This document shows, piece by piece, positions 17,177 through 25,008 of a stretch of 64,000 nt of DNA. The stretch lies in contig DASVFK010000250.1 of assembly GCA_036380095.1 (NCBI GenBank), forward strand, positions 24,125 to 88,124, in the 5' to 3' direction. Numbering within the stretch: the first letter of the stretch is position 1; the number at the start of each line of letters is the position of its first letter. Below the pieces are notes generated by a model. That model did not search any database. It saw nothing but the letters and a program-made list of their open reading frames with translations, and was not told where the DNA came from. The position numbers and the translations under genes are program-made. The DNA is from Candidatus Angelobacter sp. (GTDB lineage Bacteria > Acidobacteriota > Terriglobia > Terriglobales > Acidobacteriaceae).

Positions 17177-18934
17177 ATGACGACTTTCAAATACTCGCGT
17201 TTTGTTTCGGTCCTAGCCCTCCTGGTTGGTTGCTTGAGCCTTCCGGGATTCGGCGGGTTGGCTCCGCAAGAGGAGCTTCTGACCACCACGGCGGAACCGG
17301 GACGGCCGGGAGGACGTTTGGCTATCGGGGAGCCGTTCGAGCCCAAGACCTTGAACCCGCTCAACGCGGTGGACCAACCGTCGCTCGATGTCATCCGCCG
17401 CACCATGGCTGATTTGATCCATATCAACCGGGCCACGCTGAAAGCGGAGCCGGCACTGGCCAAGTCGTGGACGGCCACTCCCGACGGCAAGACCCTTACC
17501 TTGCAGCTTCGCCGCGGGATCCGTTTTTCGGATGGAGCTCCGTTTGACGCCGATGACGTAGTCTTCTCCTTCCAGGTCTATCTCGATGAGAAAGTGGCCG
17601 CGCCACAACGCGTTTTGTTGCTGATCGATGACAAGCCGATCAAGGTGGAAAAACTCGGGCAATACACGGTGCGGTTTTCGTTTTCCGCGCCTTACGCCGT
17701 GGGAGAAAGGGTCTTTGACAGCGTGCCCGTCCTGCCCCGCCATCTTTTGGAGAAGGAGTACCAGGAGGGCCGCATCAAGCAGGTATGGACGCTCAGCGCT
17801 TCGCCGGCCAGCATGGCGGGCCTGGGACCTTTCCGGCTGAAATCAGTCGCCCCCGGCGAGCGAGTCGTGCTGGAGCGTAATCCTTACTATTGGAAAGTGG
17901 ACAGCAAGGGCCAGCGGCTTCCTTACCTCGATGAATTGAGTTTCGTCATGGTGCCCAATACGGAAGCCCAGGTGATTCGATTCATGGCTGGCGACATTCA
18001 GGCAATCAGTCCCTTGAGCGCCGATGGCTACGCCTCCCTGGCTCCCGACCAGCAGAAACATCACTACAAACTGTACGACATGGGCGCGGGACTGGAATTC
18101 AATTTCCTATTTTTCAATCTCAATGAAGACACGGAAGGCCGGTTGCCGGAGGTCGCGCGCAAGCAAGCCTGGTTCAGAGACGTACGCTTTCGCCAGGCGG
18201 TCTCGCGCGCCATCGACCGGCAGGCGATCGCCCGGCTGGCATACCACAACCGGGCCACACCGCTGGTAACCCATGTGACGCCGGGAGACAAGCTGTGGTT
18301 CGATTCCTCCCTCGCTGCGCCCTCGCAATCGCTGCCGGAAGCGCGGCGGCTCTTGCAGCAAGCCGGCTTTTCCTGGAAGCCGGACGGGGCGCTGGTTGAC
18401 TCCCATGGCACGCGCGTGAGTTTCAGCATTCTGGCCAACTCGGGCAACGCCCAGCAGACGCAAAGCGCAACCTTGATCCAAAGCGACCTAAGCAAGCTGG
18501 GGATGGACGTGCACGTTGTTACGCTGGAGTTCCGTGCCACCGTGGACCGCATCCTGCAGTCCCATGATTACGACGTCGCCGTGATGCGCATGGCCAATGG
18601 TGACGCCGATCCCAATCCCGTGATGGGCATTCTCACCTCGGAGGGCTCCACGCATGTGTGGAGCATGGGGGAAAAGAAACCGCCCCAGTGGCAGTTGGAA
18701 ATCGACCGCCTGATGCAGCAGCAGATGATCACGCTGGACTTTCGCAAGCGCAAGAAACTCTATGATCAAGTGCAGCAGATCCTGGCGCGCGAAGTCCCGG
18801 CCCTTTTTCTGGTGAGCCCCAATATCCTGGTGGCGGCCCGGGAAAATCTCGCCAATGTGCGTCCCGCTATAATGGACAACTACATTCTGTGGAATTCAGA
18901 CGAACTGTTTTGGCGCACCCCCGCCGGAAAATAA
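17177..18934 (+). CDS. ABC transporter substrate-binding protein, family 5 (peptide/nickel)
   Basis: Signal peptide or lipoprotein-like N-terminus. Size of 585 aa and motifs (LNPLNAVDQPS..., ERNPYYW) are typical of SBP_bac_5. It is the last gene of the transporter block. Confidence 0.85.
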   Translation: MTTFKYSRFVSVLALLVGCLSLPGFGGLAPQEELLTTTAEPGRPGGRLAIGEPFEPKTLNPLNAVDQPSLDVIRRTMADLIHINRATLKAEPALAKSWTATPDGKTLTLQLRRGIRFSDGAPFDADDVVFSFQVYLDEKVAAPQRVLLLIDDKPIKVEKLGQYTVRFSFSAPYAVGERVFDSVPVLPRHLLEKEYQEGRIKQVWTLSASPASMAGLGPFRLKSVAPGERVVLERNPYYWKVDSKGQRLPYLDELSFVMVPNTEAQVIRFMAGDIQAISPLSADGYASLAPDQQKHHYKLYDMGAGLEFNFLFFNLNEDTEGRLPEVARKQAWFRDVRFRQAVSRAIDRQAIARLAYHNRATPLVTHVTPGDKLWFDSSLAAPSQSLPEARRLLQQAGFSWKPDGALVDSHGTRVSFSILANSGNAQQTQSATLIQSDLSKLGMDVHVVTLEFRATVDRILQSHDYDVAVMRMANGDADPNPVMGILTSEGSTHVWSMGEKKPPQWQLEIDRLMQQQMITLDFRKRKKLYDQVQQILAREVPALFLVSPNILVAARENLANVRPAIMDNYILWNSDELFWRTPAGK

Positions 18935-18941
18935 AAAGTGA

Positions 18942-19538
18942 ATGGACGACAACGCCAAGAGCATTACTTTGCCAGCGCCAAAGGAAATTGAGGCCGAAGA
19001 CGAAAGGCTGGTCCAGGATTGCCTGAAAGGGGACGAAAAGGCATGGAACCGCCTGATCGACAAATACAAGCGGTTGATCTATTCGGTCCCGGTCAAATAC
19101 GGCGTTGCTCCGGAAGACGCAGCCGACATCTTTCAGAACGTCTGTGTCGACCTGTTCACCAACCTTTCCAAGCTGAGAAAAATTGAGTCGCTGCGGTCCT
19201 GGCTCATTACCGTGGCCACGCACAAGTGTTTCCATCACAAAAGGCAGCAGCGGCAGGACGTTGAACTGGACGCGATGGAGCAGGAAGTGGCGGAAGATCT
19301 GGCGCCGGCGGCCGAGACGGTGCTCCACGAAGTGCAGGAAGAGCAGGCCATACGCGACGCCCTGGCGCGGCTCACGCCTCGCTGTGCGGAACTGGTGAAG
19401 ATGCTGTTCTATGAACAGCCGCCGGTGCCCTATACCGAAGTTGCCCAGAGACTCGGCCTGGCCACCGGGTCCATCGGATTCATCCGCGGGCGATGTCTCA
19501 ACCGGCTGCAAAAGATTCTGGCGGAGCTGGGGTTCTAG
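18942..19538 (+). CDS. ECF-type sigma-70 family RNA polymerase sigma factor
   Basis: Region 2 (RLIYSVPVKYGVAPEDAADIFQNVCVDLF) and a region 4 HTH (YTEVAQRLGLATGSIGFIRGRCLNRL). It starts 7 nt after the SBP stop. Confidence 0.85.
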   Translation: MDDNAKSITLPAPKEIEAEDERLVQDCLKGDEKAWNRLIDKYKRLIYSVPVKYGVAPEDAADIFQNVCVDLFTNLSKLRKIESLRSWLITVATHKCFHHKRQQRQDVELDAMEQEVAEDLAPAAETVLHEVQEEQAIRDALARLTPRCAELVKMLFYEQPPVPYTEVAQRLGLATGSIGFIRGRCLNRLQKILAELGF

Positions 19539-22397
19539 ATGTCGCAGGTTGGTACATTTGCGCCGGAACCGTGGATTTCCGAACTCTCGGCAATTAGCGA
19601 AGAGCAGGGACGCCGGGAGTTCTTGTCACGCCAGGCCCACCGCCAAAGCGAAAAATCGCTGCAGGCGCTGCTGGATGGCGTGGCCACGTTTGCCCGCTTC
19701 GATGTGCCCAAGGCAGAGCGCCTGTCCCAGGCCCTGGCTTGGATCGCCACAGAAAGCGGCGACCCCTATGCTCTGGCGCAAAGCCGGCGGGCCTCTGGTC
19801 ATGTGCATTACCTCAACGGCAGATACCGGCAGGGAATCGAGGAGTACGAAAAGGCCATCCAGGAATTGGACCGTTTGGGGCGTCACGTGGAGGCCGCGAG
19901 CACGATCAGCGCCGCCCTCATATGCTTGATCTACGACGGGCAGTACGACCGCGCCTATCAGCTCGGCAAAAAGGCCCGCGAGGCGTTCCAGGCGGCTGGG
20001 GACCGACACCGCCTGGCCAGGCTTGATAGCAACCTGGCCAACGTCTATTACCGACAAGACCGCTTTCAGGAGGCGGGCGCGCTGTTTGAGCGCGCCTATA
20101 GCGAACTTCTTGAAGTGGGAGACCCACTGGACATCGCGGTGGTCCTGCGCAATATGGCGGTCTGCTACATCAGCCTGAACGAGTTTGCGCAAGCGCAGGA
20201 AACCTATCAGTTGGCCCGCCAGCACTCGGAAAGACATGGTTTTTCCCAACTGGTCGCCGAATCCGATTACAACATCGCCTACCTGCACTATCTGCGCGGC
20301 GAATACTTGCGCGCCATCGAGATGTACGACCAGACGCGGGTGCGCTGTAAGCAGCTCGGCGACAAGTACCACCAGGCCCTGTGTGACCTTGACCAGTCGG
20401 AGATTTATCTGGAGTTGAACCTGACTGAGGGGGGCATCGAACTGGCGCAAGATGCTTTTGCCGCTTTCAGCGACCTGGGGATGCGCTATGAGGCGGCCAA
20501 AGCGGCCACGTTCTCCGCCATCGCGGTCAGCCAGCAGGGGCATTATCGCCAGGCCCTGCAGATTTTCGACCGTGCCCGGGAGCTGTTTATCAATGAGCAG
20601 AACCAGCTCTGGCCGGCGCTGATCGATCTCTACAAGGCACTGGTGCTTTACGAAGCCGGCGACAATGACTCGGCGGAAGACCTTGCTTTGTCCGCCCTGG
20701 AATACTTCGCTCCCTCTTACCTGCCGGCCAAAGCCGCTTTATGCGAACTGTTGCTGGCTGCCATCGAATTGCGCAGCTCCGATGCCGACGAGGCGCGGCG
20801 ATACTGCAGCTCCGCCCTGGCCCGCTTGCTGCACATCGAGTCCCCTGCCACCTACCAGGCGTATTTCATGCTGGGCCAGGCCGAGGAAGCCAGCCGTAAC
20901 ACTGAGCTGGCGCGCCAGGCCTATGAGAAGGCCTATCAGAAGCTGGAGGACCTGCGCAGCCACCTGGGCAAGGAAGAGCTGAAGATCGCGTTTCTCAAGA
21001 ACAAACTCACGGTTTATGAAAGCCTTGTCCTAACATCGCTGGCGGTCCATTCGCGCACCTGCACGGAGCACGATACGTTCCAGTACATCGAACAGGCAAA
21101 ATCACGCAGCCTGGCTGACCTGATTGCCTTCCGTGCGTCTTCGCTCAACGCCAGGAACCTTGAGCATGCTCCCGCCATGGCCCAGTTTCGCGAGCTGCGC
21201 CAGAAACTGAACTGGACCTACCATGAAATCGAATTGCAGGAATTGGGCCAGGAAGGCGGTTCGCAGGACCGCATCCGGCAATTGCGCCTGCAAAGCCGGG
21301 AGTACGAAGACGCTCTGGTCAAGTCCTTCTCCCAATTGCAGAGCGTTGACTATGAGCTCGCCAGCCTGCAAAGCGCCAGCACCGTCTCTGCGCGCGAGCT
21401 GCAAAAGATTCTGCCTCCTGACTCGATGCTGGTGGAGTATTACGTTGCCCGTGACCGGTTCTACGTTTGCCTAGTCTCCCGAGACCGCCTCAAGGTACTG
21501 CCGGTGGCGGACGCCGTCCCGGTACGGGAAAAGCTTCGACTTCTGCAATTGCAGTTGGCGAAATTCCGCCTGGGAGACGAGTACATCCGGCCGCTGGAGA
21601 AGCGCTTGTTGCAGGCGACGCGGGCGCACCTTGAGGAACTCTACGAGTTGCTGATCGCCCCCATCCGTGGGCAGCTCGAGGCCCATCACCTCATCATTGT
21701 GCCCCACACGTTTCTGCACTACCTGCCCTTCCATGCCCTGTCTGACGGAAAACGGCATCTGATTGACGATTTTTCCATCTCCTACGCACCCAGCGGGAGC
21801 ATTTTTGCCGCGTGCCAAGGCAAGGAACATGCCAGCCAGAGCGGCTTGGTGCTGGCCATCCCGGACGCCCGTGCTCCATACATTGAAGAGGAAGGTCGGC
21901 TGGTGGCAGACGCCATGGGCGGGGCAAGTTTGTTCCTGGGTGAGGATGCTACCGAGGAACGCTTGCGCAGCCTGGGACCGCAGAGCCGGTTCATCCACAT
22001 TGCCACGCATGGATATTTTCGTGAGGACAATCCCATGTTCTCTTCCATTCGGCTGGGGAATTCTCTTCTGAGCCTATTTGACCTGTATCAGTTACAGCTA
22101 AACGCTGAGCTGGTGACCTTGAGCGGTTGTGGCACGGGAATGAATGTTGTGGTGGGCGGCGATGAACTGATCGGCCTGGTGCGGGGTTTGCTCTATGCTG
22201 GGGCGCAAACCCTGATGGTGAGCTTGTGGGAGGTGCACGATCAGAGTACGGCCGAGTTCATGCGCGATTTCTATACCTTGTATGGTGGAGTCCAGAACAA
22301 GGCGGAAGCCCTTCGCCAGGCTGCGCTCAGACTGCGCGAAACCCACCCACATCCGTATTATTGGGCGGCCTTCGCCCTGGTTGGGAAGTTTATGTAA
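19539..22397 (+). CDS. TPR-repeat CHAT-domain (caspase-like peptidase) protein
   Basis: Its ATG directly abuts the sigma-factor TAG (TAGATG). The N-terminal two-thirds is TPR-like. The C-terminal CHAT domain has the His/Cys dyad context FIHIATHGYF ... LVTLSGCGTG. Confidence 0.85.
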   Translation: MSQVGTFAPEPWISELSAISEEQGRREFLSRQAHRQSEKSLQALLDGVATFARFDVPKAERLSQALAWIATESGDPYALAQSRRASGHVHYLNGRYRQGIEEYEKAIQELDRLGRHVEAASTISAALICLIYDGQYDRAYQLGKKAREAFQAAGDRHRLARLDSNLANVYYRQDRFQEAGALFERAYSELLEVGDPLDIAVVLRNMAVCYISLNEFAQAQETYQLARQHSERHGFSQLVAESDYNIAYLHYLRGEYLRAIEMYDQTRVRCKQLGDKYHQALCDLDQSEIYLELNLTEGGIELAQDAFAAFSDLGMRYEAAKAATFSAIAVSQQGHYRQALQIFDRARELFINEQNQLWPALIDLYKALVLYEAGDNDSAEDLALSALEYFAPSYLPAKAALCELLLAAIELRSSDADEARRYCSSALARLLHIESPATYQAYFMLGQAEEASRNTELARQAYEKAYQKLEDLRSHLGKEELKIAFLKNKLTVYESLVLTSLAVHSRTCTEHDTFQYIEQAKSRSLADLIAFRASSLNARNLEHAPAMAQFRELRQKLNWTYHEIELQELGQEGGSQDRIRQLRLQSREYEDALVKSFSQLQSVDYELASLQSASTVSARELQKILPPDSMLVEYYVARDRFYVCLVSRDRLKVLPVADAVPVREKLRLLQLQLAKFRLGDEYIRPLEKRLLQATRAHLEELYELLIAPIRGQLEAHHLIIVPHTFLHYLPFHALSDGKRHLIDDFSISYAPSGSIFAACQGKEHASQSGLVLAIPDARAPYIEEEGRLVADAMGGASLFLGEDATEERLRSLGPQSRFIHIATHGYFREDNPMFSSIRLGNSLLSLFDLYQLQLNAELVTLSGCGTGMNVVVGGDELIGLVRGLLYAGAQTLMVSLWEVHDQSTAEFMRDFYTLYGGVQNKAEALRQAALRLRETHPHPYYWAAFALVGKFM

Positions 22398-22401
22398 AGA
22401 T

Positions 22402-22412
22402 TTGTAAATATT
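22402..22412 (+). promoter_or_regulatory. AT-rich motif TTGTAAATATT (copy 1), upstream of the anti-sigma-like gene
   Basis: The identical 11-mer recurs at 24792..24802 upstream of the second S8 peptidase. Both lie in AT-rich islands within GC-rich DNA. Function not established. Confidence 0.3.
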
Positions 22413-22549
22413 AGAGCAGGTATATTTTTTACCCTGGTTCTGACTCTTTATGTACAGAAGCAGGCTCATCCGTCGACTGCTAAAGAGGGGAGCATGGACC
22501 CGGAAGCCGTGTTCCCCTCGTAAACAAAAGAGACGAAGAAAAACGATTT

Positions 22550-23185
22550 ATGCCTCAAGCCGCGCGCCATTTCGACATTACCGAGTGGGCTGATTATGCC
22601 AGGAAGACGGCATCTCCCGAGCAGCAAAGCGAGATGGCGTCTCACCTGAAGGCTGGATGCCCGAAGTGCGAAAAGATCGAGCAATTATTGACGAAATTCA
22701 TTGCAGTCTGCGCGCGTGAGAGCGCGTATGAATTACCTCGACACGCAGAGCGGTCAGTGAAGGCGCTGGCGGGTCTGGGAAAACCCGAGCGTCGCTCGAC
22801 GTTCGAGCGGCTGTGGGGCACCTTGATATTTGATAGCTCGAATGCCCCGCTGCCGGTGGGTGTCCGCGGATCTCATCAAATCAGCCGGCATGTGCTGTTT
22901 CATGCGGGCGATTACTCCGTTGATCTGCGATTTGAGCATGAAAGAGGTTCGGCCAGTATGGTGCTCGTGGGACAGATTGCCAACCAGAAGTCGCCCGAAG
23001 AGGCGATGTGCAATCTGCCAGTGATCCTGCTGGCGGGTGAGCGGGAAGTGTCGCGCTCCATTAGCAATTCCTACGGAGAGTTCCAGATGGAATATGTTCC
23101 GGACAGCGATCTGCGCCTGTTGGTTCCCCTTGAGTCAACCGGCCAGGAGCTCGAGGTATTGCTGGGCAAGACGCCGCAAGCCTGA
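22550..23185 (+). CDS. soluble anti-sigma-factor-like protein (zf-HC2-like N-terminus, beta-sandwich C-terminus)
   Basis: The N-terminal HLKAGCPKCEKIEQL resembles the H-x3-C-x2-C anti-sigma zinc motif, with one extra residue. There is no TM helix. The C-terminal part resembles carboxypeptidase-regulatory-like folds (GEFQMEYVPDSDLRLLV). Confidence 0.45.
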   Translation: MPQAARHFDITEWADYARKTASPEQQSEMASHLKAGCPKCEKIEQLLTKFIAVCARESAYELPRHAERSVKALAGLGKPERRSTFERLWGTLIFDSSNAPLPVGVRGSHQISRHVLFHAGDYSVDLRFEHERGSASMVLVGQIANQKSPEEAMCNLPVILLAGEREVSRSISNSYGEFQMEYVPDSDLRLLVPLESTGQELEVLLGKTPQA

Positions 23186-23224
23186 TTTTTGTAGGGGCCA
23201 ATTTGAACAACTGAGACGTCGACT

Positions 23225-24637
23225 ATGAGGACACTGCGTCTGCTGTGCATTACCGGTCTTGTGTTTGCGCTCGGCCTGCCTGTGGCCGCGCAGAGCACTT
23301 TTGTTCTAACCGTTGCGCCCGCTAATGCCCAGACGGTCCTCACCAGCCACGGTCTTACTGTCATCAAAGAGATCCATGATGGCGCAAACTGCGTCTATCT
23401 GGTACGTTCCGCTTCCGCCGATGTAGCCAGCGTTGAAACGGAAGTTGAAAAAGACCTCTTGGTCGCCGGCTTTGAGCCCGAGCAAAGTATTGGTCTGCCG
23501 GAGCTCAGTGGGGCCACTCAGTCAAATCTTACGCAAGCCACCGCTACGGTCACGGGCACCCTGCCCGGGCGTACGCTGGTCACCTTCTTCGGAAGCACAG
23601 TTCCCAGCAATTACACCAGCCAGGCGGCCACCAGCATCGTTCGCTTGGATGATGCCCGCAACGCTACTCATCTCACGGGCGCGGGGACGGTGGCGATCAT
23701 CGATACCGGGGCAGATCCGAACCATCCAGCGTTGGCTGGCGTTTTCGTAGGCGGATACGACTTTACCCGCGACACAATTGGATTTTCAGAGCTTGCGGAC
23801 CTGGATCCAAACACGGCCGCTGCTCTGCAGCAGTCGATTTCGCCTATCCTTGGCTCGCAGAACGTTTACATTCTTAATCCATACACTGCCGCCATCCTGG
23901 ACCAGTCGATCTCGCCCATCCTGGGACAATCGATTTCGCCGATTCTCGGCGGCACCGGTGATTTTGGCCACGGCACCATGGTGGCAGGCGTGGTCCACCT
24001 GGTAGCGCCCACCGCCAAGATCATGCCCTTGAAGGCATTTCGCGCCGATGGAACATCGAATCTTTCCGATATCATTAACGCCGTCTATTACGCTGCGGAC
24101 AACGGGGCCAACGTCATCAGCATGAGCTTCAGCATGCCGCAGTCTTCCCCTGGGCTTCAGACTGCGATCCAGTACGCCCTCAACAAGAACATTGCCGTTG
24201 TCGCCGCCTCCGGCAATGACGGGCAGAAGACCCTGGTTTTCCCGGCAAGCTACGGCGGCGTGCAGGGAATCGGCTCCACGGACTCCAACGACGCGAGAAG
24301 CACGTTCTCCAATTACGGCTCTGGCGTGACGGCTTTTGCGGCCCCGGGCGAAGCCGTAATTACCACTTTCCCAGGCGGCTATTACGCCGCAGGCTGGGGT
24401 ACTTCCTTCAGCGCTCCCATGTTCGCCGGCGCAGCTTCCCTCGTGCTCCAGGCACGTCCATTGAGCAAGCCGGGAGATGTAACCAACGCTCTTTCAAAGA
24501 CCAAGCAGGTAAGCGATATGGGTTATGGCCGCATTGACCTCTACCAGTCGCTTACGAACTTGTTTAGTGGCAGCACGAGCACCAGCGGTGGCAGCGGGAC
24601 CAGCGGCAGCAATACCAGCGGCTCCTCCAAACCATAA
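23225..24637 (+). CDS. secreted S8 family serine peptidase (subtilase) with I9-like propeptide
   Basis: Signal peptide. Catalytic contexts VAIIDTGAD (Asp), GHGTMVAG (His), ASGNDG (Asn) and GTSFSAPMFAG (Ser). Three QSISPILG repeats lie between Asp and His. Gly/Ser/Thr-rich tail. Confidence 0.9.
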   Translation: MRTLRLLCITGLVFALGLPVAAQSTFVLTVAPANAQTVLTSHGLTVIKEIHDGANCVYLVRSASADVASVETEVEKDLLVAGFEPEQSIGLPELSGATQSNLTQATATVTGTLPGRTLVTFFGSTVPSNYTSQAATSIVRLDDARNATHLTGAGTVAIIDTGADPNHPALAGVFVGGYDFTRDTIGFSELADLDPNTAAALQQSISPILGSQNVYILNPYTAAILDQSISPILGQSISPILGGTGDFGHGTMVAGVVHLVAPTAKIMPLKAFRADGTSNLSDIINAVYYAADNGANVISMSFSMPQSSPGLQTAIQYALNKNIAVVAASGNDGQKTLVFPASYGGVQGIGSTDSNDARSTFSNYGSGVTAFAAPGEAVITTFPGGYYAAGWGTSFSAPMFAGAASLVLQARPLSKPGDVTNALSKTKQVSDMGYGRIDLYQSLTNLFSGSTSTSGGSGTSGSNTSGSSKP

Positions 24638-24642
24638 TCCCG

Positions 24643-24668
24643 TCAAGGATTCGGCCTTGGTTTTTTTA
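24643..24668 (+). terminator. rho-independent terminator (TCAAGG-ATTCGG-CCTTGG + T7)
   Basis: Short GC stem followed by TTTTTTT, starting 6 nt after the S8 stop codon. Confidence 0.6.
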
Positions 24669-24791
24669 TTAAGCCCTCTTAATCCTTGCACCTCTTAATC
24701 TGCCAAGAAATGAACTTCAGACCAACGAATGTTGCACGAAACCTTCGCCCTGTGAGCACCTGCCCAGCTTGCCTTTGTCTGATTTAAGTTA

Positions 24792-24802
24792 TTGTAAATA
24801 TT
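24792..24802 (+). promoter_or_regulatory. AT-rich motif TTGTAAATATT (copy 2), upstream of the second S8 peptidase
   Basis: Identical 11-mer to 22402..22412. Followed by GTATTTATATATG. Confidence 0.3.
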
Positions 24803-25008
24803 GTATTTATATATGAATCAGGGGATTCATCCCTGGGCTTAAGGATGGTCCGGGATGAGTCCAACCGTTAGCTTGAATAAATTTGCTCTAACAAAAGCGT
24901 ATTTCTCGTGGCTATACTGACCACCTATTATTCAGCAACACTGACTTTCGCAACGAAATACGAGGAGCCAGGTGTCGTCGACGGAAACGACCACCCGGAG
25001 TTGGAGAG

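Noticed and set aside
22402-22426. Assigning explicit -35/-10 boxes to the AT-rich islands at 22402 and 24792
   Set aside because: No combination of TTGTAA or TTTGTA with the downstream TATATT or TATTTA gives a 16-18 nt spacer in both copies. Only the shared 11-mer is reported.
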